Of a stretch of DNA of 64,000 nucleotides, positions 28,481-41,050 are shown piece by piece. Origin of the DNA: Octopus sinensis (Eukaryota); NCBI RefSeq assembly GCF_006345805.1, contig NC_043003.1, positions 46,562,001-46,626,000 of the forward strand, given 5' to 3'. The translations under genes were made by a program, and so were the position numbers. The notes beneath the pieces were generated by a model. It was not told the origin of the DNA and did not search any database. It saw nothing but the letters and a program-made list of their open reading frames with translations. Numbering within the stretch: the first letter of the stretch is position 1; every line of letters begins with the position of its first letter.

Positions 28481-29296
28481 AAATTTATAATAGTCTTAAA
28501 TAAATTGCAATAAAGCAACAATAGAATGTAAAGAACATTCTATGCAGAGTAAAAGAAATGTCAAGATCATTTATAATAAAAAAGCATTATTGTAATCGTT
28601 TTCTGAATCGCTTTCACTCGCACTAGACTCGCGCACACCATCACTAGCAAACGTGATCGCCGATTCACAAGCACTCGTAGACGGACTTGTAGATGTCTTT
28701 TTAAAAACAAGTCTAAAGTTGATAGCTTAGAAGAAGCTTTCCTTCGCTCTCCATAAATTTCTAGGTAACACGCAGAAGCATTTGCTATGATAGTAGAAAC
28801 TGTTGCACTTCATTCAAATTTTGGATCTTGATATCTATTAGAAAATAGAATTCATAAACCCGAGATCTGGTAGAGTCCACGCGAAGTGAGGTATTGCAGT
28901 AGTCTGTTAAATGAAAGAAAAGTTACCCGTGGCGCTCCTTGGTTATAGTCGTTAATACAAGAGAACTAACTATCTGCTCATAACACGAGAATAATTATAG
29001 AGTAATCATAGTGCAATTACGAGTATCGTATCATCGATAACAATGGCCTTACTACATCCCATGATACAATAACAAACTCAAATATTACTAACACTGCAAT
29101 ATCAATGACGTTATTGCAAAGCACTTCTTGAAAACTAGCCACAATATCTAAAAAAAAAAAAAAAGGACAAGAACTTTTCATGATTGCGATCTCTTCTTTC
29201 TGCAGACGCACAAAGCACCATAGCAAAATCTAAACAAGGAAGCTCCTCAAGGATTGACAATATCACGAACATGCACTGAGAATACATAGGGCCTAA

Positions 29297-29658
29297 CGCC
29301 GCCGTGGTGATCTCATTCTTGCCCACAACATCATAAGCGGAAAGTGTAACCTCTCGAAAGAGCTGTTCTTCACTCCTGCTCCAGAGCGTCGGCTGCGGGG
29401 TCATTCCGAAAAGCTCTACCTGCGACGATTTCATCTCAATCGAAGGAGAGGAGCTTTCTCCGTCCGGGTTGCGGATCCGTGGAACAAGCTGCCAGACGAG
29501 ATGGTGAAGATGCCGACGACCGCTTTGTTCAAAGCCTCCCTTGACCTCAAGTGGCCTGAACTCTTTACATGAACACCACCCTGTACTTAACTCCATGTCC
29601 CCCTACATGGCCTTGCTATTTGCTTTTGAGCCAAATTAACTAACTAACTAACTAACTC
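29297..29658 (+). mobile_element. CR1-type LINE 3' end with (CTAA)n tail
   Basis: Reads RRRGDLILAHNIISG...LRGHSEKL...RRGAFSVRVADPWNKLPDEMV...* (stop 29570-72), the typical CR1 ORF2 terminus. Confidence 0.88.
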
Positions 29659-30304
29659 GCTAATATTTATTCTCTCTAATATCTATTATCTATACAAGGA
29701 CTGTTAAATTGTTAGAACCTTAGCTTGATAAAATTTAAATGATTAAGATTAAATTAAACGATTAAATCAAAACGACTCTAAGGCAGAGAGACAGCAGAAT
29801 TGCTAACGTTAGCAATTTTAAAAAAACTTAATCCTTGACATCACTAATTCGCATATCCCCGTTTTCAGGTTTAGACCATTACACTCAACGACCACACTAC
29901 CCACAAGTACAGAAATATATACGGTGATGCTTTGCAAACAACTTACACATACCAGTGCTACCAAACGAAAGCTCCGCATACCGGAAGCTAGCAAGTGTAT
30001 GTGGTAGTCAGGAGAGAATACGCGCCGTTTCAGGGCCTACCTCTCGACGGTATCATTGCACACCGGCCCCCTCACTGACATGAGGCCTTACTTGCTAGAT
30101 CAACTGGTTATCAAATATAGCTCAATATAATTCATCGTCTCTTTTTAACCAAATCCAGAGGCTAGCTTTTCCACTGTGGTCTGGATATCTTTCATGGTGT
30201 TATTTGCTTTACGATGGGTTAGGCCTAACGATAACAACAGTCGCCTCACACTGTGTCCAACGAATCCTCTACATCTGACTTTATTACTTTCTAATAAAGA
30301 CATA

Positions 30305-31080
30305 TAAGGCGGCGAGCAAGCAGGAACGTTAGCAAATTGTACAAAATGTTTAGCAGCATTTCATCGAGTTCTGTATGTTCCGAGTTCATATACCGCCGAT
30401 GTCAACATTACTTTTCATCACTTCAGGGTCGATAAAATAAAGTACCTGTCAAGTACTGAGGTCGATGTAGTTTTCAAACCTAAAAATGACCGGCTTCCTG
30501 TTCAGGAGGAGTGTCTTGGTCACTTGTATGTCATGATGTCACGGAAACTGGATAATAACCCCAAATTTTCAACGAAGCATTTTCCGGCGTTTTAACGGTT
30601 CTACCATTTCACAGCCTTTTCGACCAATGTCGGTGCAATCGCCAAAGTGGATTATCGAAAGCGTGATTATTACTACAAGAAAATATTGGTTTCAAATTTT
30701 GACACATAGCCAGAAATTTCGGAGTAGGGGTAAGTAGATTACATCGACCTCAGTTATCAGCCGGTGCATACTTTATTGACCCCAAAACGATGAAAGGCAA
30801 AGTGGACATCGGCGGAATTTGAAGACAGAATGTTAACGCCGCTAAACATTTTACCAGGAGTCCTAACGATTCTGCCATCTTGCTGCTTTCAATTGCTACA
30901 TAAAAATATTGGTTTCAGATTTGGACAAGCCCAGCAATTTCGGAGAAGGGGTAAGTCGATTACATCGTGACCCCGAGAGGACGAAAAGTAAAGTGGGCAT
31001 CGGCGAAATTTGAACACAGAACGTAAGTGAAGCAAAGTATTTTGCTAGGCGTGCTAGCGGTTCTGCTCGCACGCCACCTT
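30305..31080. mobile_element. Cluster of three degenerate SINE family B copies (one +, two -)
   Basis: ggcggcgagc at about 30308 (+); aaaggcaaagtggacatcggcggaatttga and aaagtaaagtgggcatcggcgaaatttga (-). Confidence 0.75.
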
Positions 31081-31580
31081 CAGTTGCTACATGAAAACAA
31101 TAAAAATTATTTTCCAAGACTTTAAAAATATGATTTCAGGGAAATTTGGTGACTCTTTTTAACAAGATTCTTGCTAGATCCTCCGAAGAAATGACGCAGT
31201 AAAACATCCGCTAAGAAGATTTGCTGTATGTCTTAGTGGCCGAACTTTCAATCCGCATCAATGGAGAAAGGGTGGTGGTGGTGACGACGACAACGACGAT
31301 GAAGATAGTGGTTGTTATGGTGACAGTGGAGAAAATGGTGGTGACGATCATAGCGGTGTTAGTGATGGAGCTGGCCCTGGTGTTGGTAATGATAATGATA
31401 ATAATCATCATCATTATCGTCGTCGACGTCTTCATCATCATCACCATCATCATTTCAGAACGCGTAAGAAATTTTAGCTGAACTCGATGCCAGATGAAAT
31501 GATTCTATCAACAAACTCCATAATCTACTTACCAATGTCACTTTTGTATCGTGTATATATATACATATATATATATATAT

Positions 31581-31626
<46 letters not shown>

Positions 31627-31680
31627 TGTATGTATGTATGTATGTATTTATATAAATATATATGTATGTATATATGCATA

Positions 31681-31762
<82 letters not shown>

Positions 31763-31949
31763 TAGAAAGCAAACCTGTTCGTTTTCTGCAATGATTTGAT
31801 TAGCGGTGCCGATTTATAACATTCTGTAAATAATGATAATAATATTTAATAAGCTTAAGACTGATAAGCGATCACCGAGTATTGACTAAAGAAAATAGAC
31901 TAACATATAATCTTATATGCATATCTTTTATCGTTTTTTTGTGTGTTTG

Positions 31950-32460
31950 TGTGTTTCGTCATTACACCACGGCCATGCTGGAACACCGCCTTGAAGAATT
32001 TTAGTCGAACGAACCGACCGTACTACTTATTTTTTCAAGCCTCGTTTTTAGTCTGTGTCTTTTGCCGAACCGCTAGTTTTCGGAGACGCAAACGTGTACA
32101 CACACACTCTCTCTCTCTTTCTTCCTCTCCCTCTCACACACACGCGCGCGCGCACACACACATACACACATATGTATATATATATTAGAAGAAATGAGGT
32201 ACTCAAAAATCTGGATGGTTTTATATTTACAGATATTTATTAGTATGTTACAGGTAACATACTAATAAATATCTATAAATATAAAACCATCCAGATTTCT
32301 GAGTAACTCATTTCTTCTAATATATAATACCTGTACATCATCTCCAAACCTTCTAATATATATATATATACGACGGGATTCTTTCAGTTTCCATCTGCCA
32401 AACCTATTCACATGGCTTTGATCGGCTGAGGCTATAGTAGAAGATACTTGCCTAAATTGC
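31950..32460 (-). mobile_element. SINE family A interrupted in its internal microsatellite by a palindrome
   Basis: Tail part at 31950-32095 and head part at 32365-32460, with the insert between them. Confidence 0.75.
32179..32326. repeat. 148-bp near-perfect palindrome (3 mismatches)
   Basis: tatattagaagaaatgaggtactc...agtatgttac|ag|gtaacatact...gagtaactcatttcttctaatata. Confidence 0.92.
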
Positions 32461-32749
32461 ATATATATGAATTCTGTTATCAGAGAGTTTAACAATAATG
32501 CGGTAGAATTTATTTGATATTTTATTACTTTACGCTAACATCTGTTTCAGCTAATATTTATCTATCTCTCCTATGCATCAATCAATAACTATATATGTAG
32601 AAAGACTTCATTTCGAGCCAAAATGGCCGTTGCTGTCATTTTCACTATCCTCAGACATTGAACTCCAGACCTAGCCCCTCTACATACGAAAGTTTTCGTC
32701 TTCTTCCTCTCTGGAGAGGTCTATATTGATCTCTCGGATTTCGCTACAC

Positions 32750-33760
32750 ACTACACTTCACAATCGAACTAACTTCAAAAACAGAGATCTTGATGCACCC
32801 AAAATTAGGGATAGGCCAGTCTTGTTTCTTCCAACAGCATGAAAACGCAAAGACTATAATTCTCAAAACAGCATGTTCACACCACACCATACCTAATCAT
32901 GAGCAACATCTGCCAAGAAACCTCACAACTACTCTAAATGCTGTGTCTGTGTATGACCGAGAATATCTCCTTGCGAAAGTACAATCTTAACATATCTGGG
33001 ACTTCATCCCAGCCACTGCCCTTTATCTTCAGCACTAGAAAATATTTCAAACTTCAACAATTATCGACACGTTATACAGCTGAGGTTAGGTTCTCAATGC
33101 AGTATTGCCTTCAACTTAGACGATGTTACTGCTGCTCATACAAACCACCTAGACGACACCCAGAGAAGATCCAACCCACTGCTTGGCACAAGTCACTTCC
33201 AAACACATTCCAGCCTCTGGTCTGCAGGCGTATTGTCTCCTTTCTACACCTTTTCTACCGATACTATAATTAAACATTTCATTATCATTATTTATTTATT
33301 TATATATTGGCTACATGGGTGGTAGATGAAGTCAAATTACAAAAATGCTTGTGGTTTACATATAATCGTATGTGAGAAAACGAGCGTGAAAACAACAGTA
33401 AAAGTGTACGAGGACACAACGACGTAGGGCCAAAGAGGGAGCCCCCTCACACACACTTCCAAGATATCCCTCTGTGCCAAGGAAAATTGTTATCTCGGTG
33501 ACGTAATCTCCAATCTAAAGGTATTGCTGAGCAACAGAAATATACCACCTACATTTAAGCATTTTTGACCTACTAGGCTCTTTTCCTCTCAGAATTCTTC
33601 TGTATCCTCCTTTCCCGGAATCCCCGATCTCTGGAACTCCCTCTCTCTTCAACCTCAAGCAGTTGACTTGCATACATTCATGGTGAACTTTAACAGCACT
33701 AATCGCACCATTCTACACACTGGTATTCGAAGGCTTGAGAAAGCATTAAGAACCAACTCT
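32750..33760 (+). mobile_element. Degenerate CR1/Jockey-group LINE 3' portion, interrupted at 33279-33530
   Basis: ...FSTRKYF...YTAEVRFSMQYC...FQPLVCRRIVSFLHLFYRYYN, then after the insert ...SFPGIPDLWNSLSL...VDLHTF, matching the HRRxVxxLxLFYRYY and LWNSLP terminal motifs. Confidence 0.65.
33279..33530 (-). mobile_element. ~250-nt retroposon-like element with (TAAA)n tail, copy 1
   Basis: Near-identical to 37108-37360 (about 6 differences by eye), with the same ends but different flanks. Confidence 0.7.
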
Positions 33761-33798
33761 TCATGAGCCAATAGGGTGTGGGTGTGAGCATATGTTTG

Positions 33799-33842
<44 letters not shown>

Positions 33843-34813
33843 AGCGTATGTGTGAGTATGTAAGTGTGCATGTGTGTGGTAATATATGTGTGTGTTCGAG
33901 TACACTTATATATGTATATAAACAGACGTACATATACATGTATGTATCTATGTTTATACTTATACATATATATATATATATATATACACGCGCGCGCACA
34001 CAACCTCTATAACCTTATTATTAAATCGTAGTAAGACCAGACTTTCGCGACACAAACAAACAAAAATAATTCCGATTACAAGGACTGACACATGGATATG
34101 TGCCTGAAACAAAAAAGACAAGATGGCCACGGCCGAAATATCTTTGATCATAGATGTCTATCTGACTAGGGTTGACTTACAACTGACTAAACAAAAACAG
34201 TGGCAATAATAGCGAAAACAATAACAAGAGCAAAAAAACATCAACAATAAAACAATAAACTATATCAGCACCTACTGAAACTGTAAGATTTGAATCCGTG
34301 GACAGTATGGGCAATACTGGAGCCGAAATGGAGCTTATAGGGTTGGGAAAGGGTCGCAAAATCTGAGTTTACTGTCTGACTTTGATAAGTTATACAAGCT
34401 GTACAGAAACAGCACAAAAGCGCCTACATCAAGAACACGGCAAAATGTATATTTTTTATTGTTTTATTTGTTTTGGCTCTGGTTATTAAGTGACATATTC
34501 TATTTGCTTCTATCAAGAAATCAAAGTAAATGACTACTCTTCCCTTCAAACTTTGCTTTTGTGACCTGGACAGCAATGTTTGGAAACTGACCTCTTTTCC
34601 ATTACATTTCAGAGAGATTCAGCGTTGAGTTGCTGAAGCAGAAATATCGTTATAGCAAATATTCTGCTCTATATCACAGATTTACTTGTCAGTTGCTTGA
34701 CCTTAACCATCTGAGCATGTCCCTTAGTGGCTGACAATATATGCTTCTCTGATGATGAGCAAGAATAGTGGGGAAGCATCACAGACATGTGTTGAGAGGG
34801 ATTCTTAGGCGCA

Positions 34814-35217
34814 AGAGTGGCTGTGTGGTAAGTAGCTTGTTTACCAACCACATGGTTCCGGGTTCAGTCCCACTGCGTGGAACATTGGGCAAGTGTCTTC
34901 TACTATAGCCTCGGGCCGACCAAAGCCGTGTGAGTGGATTTGGTAGATGGAAGCTGAAAGAAGCCCGTCGTATAAATGTATATATATGCGTGTGTGTGTT
35001 TGTGCGCTTGTGTTTGTCCCCCTAGCATTGCTTGACAACCGATGCTGGTGTGTTTATGGCCCCGTTACCTAGCGGTTCGGCAAAAGAGACCGATAGAATA
35101 AGTACTGGGCTTACAAAAGAATAAGTCCCGGGGTCGAGTTGCTCGATTAAAGGCGGTGCTCCAGCATGGCCGCAGTCAAATGACTGAAACAAGTAAAAGA
35201 GTAAAAGAGTAAAAGAG
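34814..35217 (+). mobile_element. SINE family A, full length
   Basis: A and B boxes, internal microsatellite and a (GTAAAAGA)n tail. Confidence 0.93.
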
Positions 35218-36372
35218 TTTGAAGAAATGAAACAAAAGCAAAGTTTGAAGCCGTTTTTCATTCAAAAGAATTTCATAGAGGTAAGCAAATAGGAAATAAC
35301 AGTCGCTACCTAAGAACAAAATTCGTGTTACACAGTGTAATGTACCGTTGAGGGAGTCTCTATTTGGTCGCTGAACCGGCTAGAAATAGCAGACAAGCCG
35401 ACCTTAAGTCACGCTGTAAGGTTTTACAAAAGAAGATGCTGGATAATGTAGTATTCGGTTCCAAGCATTTTGGAAAAAAAAAGGGGGATGGTCACAAGTG
35501 GAGTTTCATCATAGGTTGCTTCCGAGCTAACAAAAATATCTCCACCACGAGCAACACCTCACCACAACAAGAAAATCCACTATTACATCAGGAAAATACA
35601 AAGCGTTTATGTTCTGTATTATTTTCTGTAAACATATATAATATTGTAGAAACATATCTGTGTATGTGTGCATGCGTACGTGTGTGTGTGTGTGTATATG
35701 CGTATGTTTATGTGTGTGCATACGTGTATGTGTGTGCATACGTGTCTATGTGTCCGCGTGCGTGTGCGTGTGTGTATGTGAAGCTTACTACATATAAGTT
35801 AAACTTTCAGTGTGTTTCTCGTTAATTTATGGTACTTGTATACGTATACGTCCCTATGTATGTGTTCTCACGTACGTACTGCTTGTATGTACGAGGGTAG
35901 GGGGGACGCGCGTGTGTGTGTGTGAGCGAATGAGCATATATGTATGTTATGCAAGAGTTAGTGACAGTGTCTGAATGACAGTCCGTGAATGAAAAGTGCC
36001 CACCAATCGCTGCTCATCTCATCTTCCACATCTGTTTTGCAGTAAATATAATCTATAAGGCGTGAAATTGCTTGTAATTTACCGTCTCTTCTTATGGGGC
36101 CTCTTTTGTTTCCAGCTCATTCTCATCTGAAGGGCCTTGATGACGACGACGACGACGACGATGATGATGATGATGATGATAAAGATGATGATGATGATGA
36201 TAAGGAGGCGGGAAAGGAGGAGAAGAAGAAAGAGAAGTATATCGAGATGATGATGATGATGATGATGTATATGGCTGACATTACCTAACGTCGTTTCCGT
36301 TATATATTTCATTGCCGTTAAGACTTCTGTCTGAGTATTTTTCTATCGCACCACCATATTTCATTTCACTTT

Positions 36373-36444
<72 letters not shown>

Positions 36445-36483
36445 ATGGTGGTGGTGGTGGTGGTGGTGGTGATGTTGGTTATT

Positions 36484-36875
36484 GGCGAGCTGGCAGAATC
36501 GTTAGTACGCCGGGCGAAAGGCGTAGCCGTATTTCGTCCGCCGTTACGTTCTGATTTCAAATTCCGCCGAGGTCGACTTTGCCTTTCATCCTTTCGGAGT
36601 CGATTAAATAAGTACTAGTTACGCACTGGGGTCGATGTAATCGACTTATTCCGTTTGTCTGTCTTTGTTTGTCCCCTCTGTGTTTAGCCCCTTGTGGGTA
36701 GTAAAGAAATAGGTATTTCGTCCGTCTTTAAGTTCTGAGTTCAAATTCAGCCGAGGTCGACTTTGTCTTTCATCCTTTCGGGGTCAATAAAATAAGTACC
36801 AGTTGAGTACTGGGGTCGATGTAATTGACTATCCCCATTCCCCAAATTTCAGGCCTTGTGTCTATAATAGAAAGG
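36484..36875 (+). mobile_element. Dimeric SINE family B (long-tail monomer plus 5'-clipped short-tail monomer)
   Basis: The junction aagaaata|ggtatttcgtc is also seen on the minus strand at 55501-55520. Confidence 0.85.
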
Positions 36876-36898
36876 CTTATTATTATAATTATTATTAA

Positions 36899-37100
36899 GG
36901 CAGTGAGCCAACAGAAACGTTAGCACGTCAGGCAAAATGCTTATCAGTATTTCGTCCGTCTTTATGTTCTGAGTTCAAATTCTGCCGAGGTCGAATTTAC
37001 CTTTCATTTTTTAAGGATCGATAAAATAAGAGCCAGTTCACCACTGAGCTAATATAATCGACTTTCTCTCTCCTCCGAAATTGCTGGCCTTGTGCCAAAG
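36899..37100 (+). mobile_element. SINE family B (short tail)
   Basis: ggcagtgagcc..aaacgttagcacgtcaggcaaaatgctt...gagttcaaattctgccgagg. Confidence 0.85.
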
Positions 37101-37107
37101 TTTGAGA

Positions 37108-37360
37108 TCATTATCATTATTTATTTATTTATATATTGGCTACATGGGTGGTGGATGAAGTCAAATTACAAAAATGCTGGTGGTTTACATATAATCGTAT
37201 GTGAGAAAACGAGCGTGAAAACAACAGTAAAAGTGTACGAGGACACAACGACGTAGGGCCAAAGAGGGAGCCCCCTCACACACACTGCCAAGATATCCCT
37301 CTGTGCCAAGGGAAATTGTTATCTCGGTGACGTAATCTCCAATCTAAAGGTATTTGCTGA
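37108..37360 (-). mobile_element. ~250-nt retroposon-like element with (TAAA)n tail, copy 2
   Basis: See copy 1; a diverged partial third copy lies at about 37683-37790. Confidence 0.7.
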
Positions 37361-39054
37361 CAGTAGACCTCCTTTTACTCAGCCCATACTCGATTCTCCC
37401 ATTTATCTTCCAGCAAATTTACTTAAAACTACACTTACCTTTTCACCCTTGACTTCCTCGGGAAGTGCAACTTGAAAAAGTTGAGTATAGTTGGATGAAG
37501 AAGTAATCCTTAGCTCTTTCATTCTTATTTTTCTACCCCTGGTGAAATCGTTAGCACGCCTGACAAAATGCTTAACGTCATTCCGTCCGTCTTTCCGATT
37601 TGAGTTCAAATTCTATCTAGGTCGACTTTGCCTTTCATCCTTTCGATGAAATAAGTACCAGTTGCATACTGGTGTCGATGTATCAGAACACAATGACGCG
37701 GGGCCAAAGAGGGAGTGCCCTCACACACACTTCCCAGGTAAACCTCTATGCCAAGGAAAATTGTTCTCTCAGCGATATAATCTCTAGCCCCTCCCTGAAA
37801 TTTTCAAGCTTTGTGCTTAAAACAGAAAGGATTTATCTAACCCTACCACTATAATCTCTTGCTTAAATTGTTTGCTTTTCCTAAACAAAAGAAGGCAGCA
37901 GTACAATATTCACATTGGATTTGAGTGATAGCTGGAACCATCCTACATGCGACAATAGCTGCTAACAACAACTCCACAAATCAGCAACGCCCGAAAGCTG
38001 AAACTGTATGTGCAGAATGGGTTTTCTCGCTATATACGCATCTCAAACAGAAGATACTTCCACGCCTATAAAGTTTTTCTCGAATCGACATTTTCCACGG
38101 TTGTCTAGAGCCTCGTGGGTGTCCAAAATAGACCTCGATAACATTTTTTATCATGTCAACCATTATTCTTCTACAAAATGCAAGGTTTCGTGTACCAACA
38201 AATGCATTGCATAACTAGCTGAGAACTGCGACCACCTGATAACATCCCATATACCAGAATCCCAAATTTAGCTTCCACTTAGCTCAGGACTGTAGCTTCG
38301 TTAAAGGGAGTGACTGTGGCAAAACATGCCTGAAAATGTCCGACCACACCTGCTCACCGTTCAGAATGTCTTCAGATACTTCTACCTAGGGTACGGTTAC
38401 GTATCATCAGTCACAGCAGACCAAACTCTCTGCAAATCTATTGGCAACAGATGGGTCACCTAATCAATGGAACGCTTCCTTTCTACAAGGAGCGGAAAGC
38501 AGACACTCCAGTTTGGTCAAGTGAAAAATGCAGTAAGGTTCGAATGTCAGACGATAGTCAATGACAGAGGCTAAGTGTGCATTTGTCAACTCTATTCGAT
38601 TTTTCAAACTGAGAGTTTCTTTTCAATTGATTTCAGGATAATACTGGCCTCACGGCTCGTAACCACATCCTAGTTTTTATCCACCCAAAGTTCTATCCTG
38701 TAATAGATTCTAGTTATCTTAACAGGACCATTCTGTGGATATCAAGGACGATATAATCTGTATCATGCAATGATGCAGTGTCTGGAGATGATATGGAAAC
38801 TAAATCTTTCATCGCTGTGTTCACATCTCGTACGGGCCCGGCGGTCAGTACTACGGCTGTGGTGACCATAAAATTTGTACCAACCTGAAAATGTCCTCCT
38901 TGCAGCCCTGCCAAGTGTAAAGGGCGTTGACTGAAAATGCCATTCATTAGATTATCTGCGCCCCAGGTCTTGAGCACAGTTGAGCACTGGGGTCGATGTA
39001 ATTGGTTATCCCCCTCCTCCAAAGTTCCAGGCCGTGTGCCCAGAGGCTATGTGA

Positions 39055-39510
39055 AGGAAGGGGCTGAAGGAACTGACGAAAGATACCTTCATTTATAGTC
39101 AAACTTTCATCGACTTTTTTAAGTTCCACTTGGAAAGGAAAGTGAGGGTGAAGAGGGAAGTGCTACCTCCCGGAGAATTTGTGAAAAGATGGGAGACAGT
39201 GGCAAAAATTCTTAGAGTGAAAGGCATGAGCCTATAGGTTGGAGAACGACAGTTGGGAGAGGACTCGTGCCTTTAGTAGCCAGGGTAATCCTGAATTTGT
39301 GGGACTCCTTGATTAACCTAAGTTAGTTTTTCGCGTATCAGGAGGACGGCATCACTCATTTTATCATAAACTTTGTATACGATGTACATTTCTATCGCAT
39401 TTCTTCGTCTTTTCCATTTCTCTCTCCTCGCTTTTTATATAAACCCCCGCACAAATTATTGACTGTCTTTGTGATGTCCTCCTTATCAATGCTCCTGTGG
39501 CTAATAATAG

Positions 39511-39514
<4 letters not shown>
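39055..39514 (+). mobile_element. Tx1/L1-like LINE 3' end (second subfamily), followed by (CAT)n
   Basis: FIDFFKFHLERKVRVKREVL..EFVKRW parallels INFFKYHLKRKVRVE of the 41-kb copy. It ends cctgtggctaataatagaaat(cat)n. Confidence 0.72.
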
Positions 39515-39544
<30 letters not shown>

Positions 39545-39812
39545 TATTATTATTATCATTGAGTGAGAGAGCAGTGCATGCCATCAAAGTGACACTGGGG
39601 TAAAATATACGAAGCCCAGTATACCCATCATGACTACCCGTCTGACAAGGGTACACTAGGCACATGCATCACAACCATATGTGCGCGACATGGTGATCTC
39701 ATATCAAGATAAACAGCACATGACCTTGGAGATGGGGCCCAGGTAGAATTTTCTTCAGGTCGAGTAACCCATCCTGCTCAAAAGGTCCCTTAATAAGGGT
39801 TGTTTGAGGATG

Positions 39813-39847
<35 letters not shown>

Positions 39848-40097
39848 GAATAAGGCGGTGAGCTGGCAGAACCGTTAGCACACCAGGCCAAATGACTAGC
39901 GGTATTTTGCCCGTCGCTACGTTCTGAGTTCAAATTCCGCCGAGGTCGACCCGGATATGTCTCCAACAATAATAACTCTTTGCTAGAGTGGGCCATATTT
40001 CCACGTATATGACTAACAGACTTCACCAGGTGGTGCTGTTAAGTTAGACATAGCGTGGGTCTATACTGGCCGAAACTTATCTAGGTTATCAAAGTTA

Positions 40098-40145
<48 letters not shown>

Positions 40146-40299
40146 TGTGTGTCTGTGTGTCTGTGCGTGTAAAGATCTTCTACAAGCAGAGATAATGATT
40201 CTCAGTTCGTCTGTTAAATGCTCAAGCCCTGTCTTGACTATATACCACATATAACCAAATAATAACAAAGTAAAACTGATTATAACAATTTCATTTTAG

Positions 40300-40341
40300 A
40301 TAGATAGACAAACAGATAAATAGATAGACAGAAAGACAGAC

Positions 40342-40430
<89 letters not shown>

Positions 40431-40662
40431 TGTGTACAAATGCATCTTTGTGCATACGTATCTATGTATTTATAACTAAACCAGCGTGTGTGTGTGTATG
40501 TGTGTTTGTGTGTGTGTGTGTAGAAAGAGGAGGGAGAAACATAGACTCAGAAAAAGAGTGTGACAGTTGCAGACAGACAGAGGAACAGATAAACAAACAG
40601 ACAGACAGACAGACAGGCAAGCAGGCAGACAGACAGACAGACAGAAAGACAGACAGACAGAA

Positions 40663-40754
<92 letters not shown>

Positions 40755-40760
40755 TATAGG

Positions 40761-40795
<35 letters not shown>

Positions 40796-40856
40796 GTAGA
40801 TAGATAGATAGATAGATACATAGATAGATAGATAGAGATTATAGATAGATAGATAT
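40300..40856. repeat. (GATA)n/(GACA)n arrays at the 3' side of the Tx1 copy
   Basis: Direct inspection. Confidence 0.9.
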
Positions 40857-41019
40857 GTTTCTTATTAGCCACACAGGGCTGCACACAGATAGAACAAATT
40901 ACAAGGTAGAGCTTTTCTTTTGAAGGTATTAAAAAAAAAAAAAAAAAAAAAAAGGAAGGGGGAGGTTCGATCAAAAGGGATCGTAAAAGGAGAGAAAGAG
41001 GACAAAAATAAGGGGGGTT

Positions 41020-41050
<31 letters not shown>

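Noticed and set aside
34814-34885. tRNA genes at SINE heads
   Set aside because: They have A/B boxes but no complete cloverleaf, and each continues into a SINE body and tail.
36484-37100. CRISPR-like repeated units
   Set aside because: These are tandem SINE copies of irregular length in a eukaryotic context, with no repeat-spacer periodicity and no cas genes.
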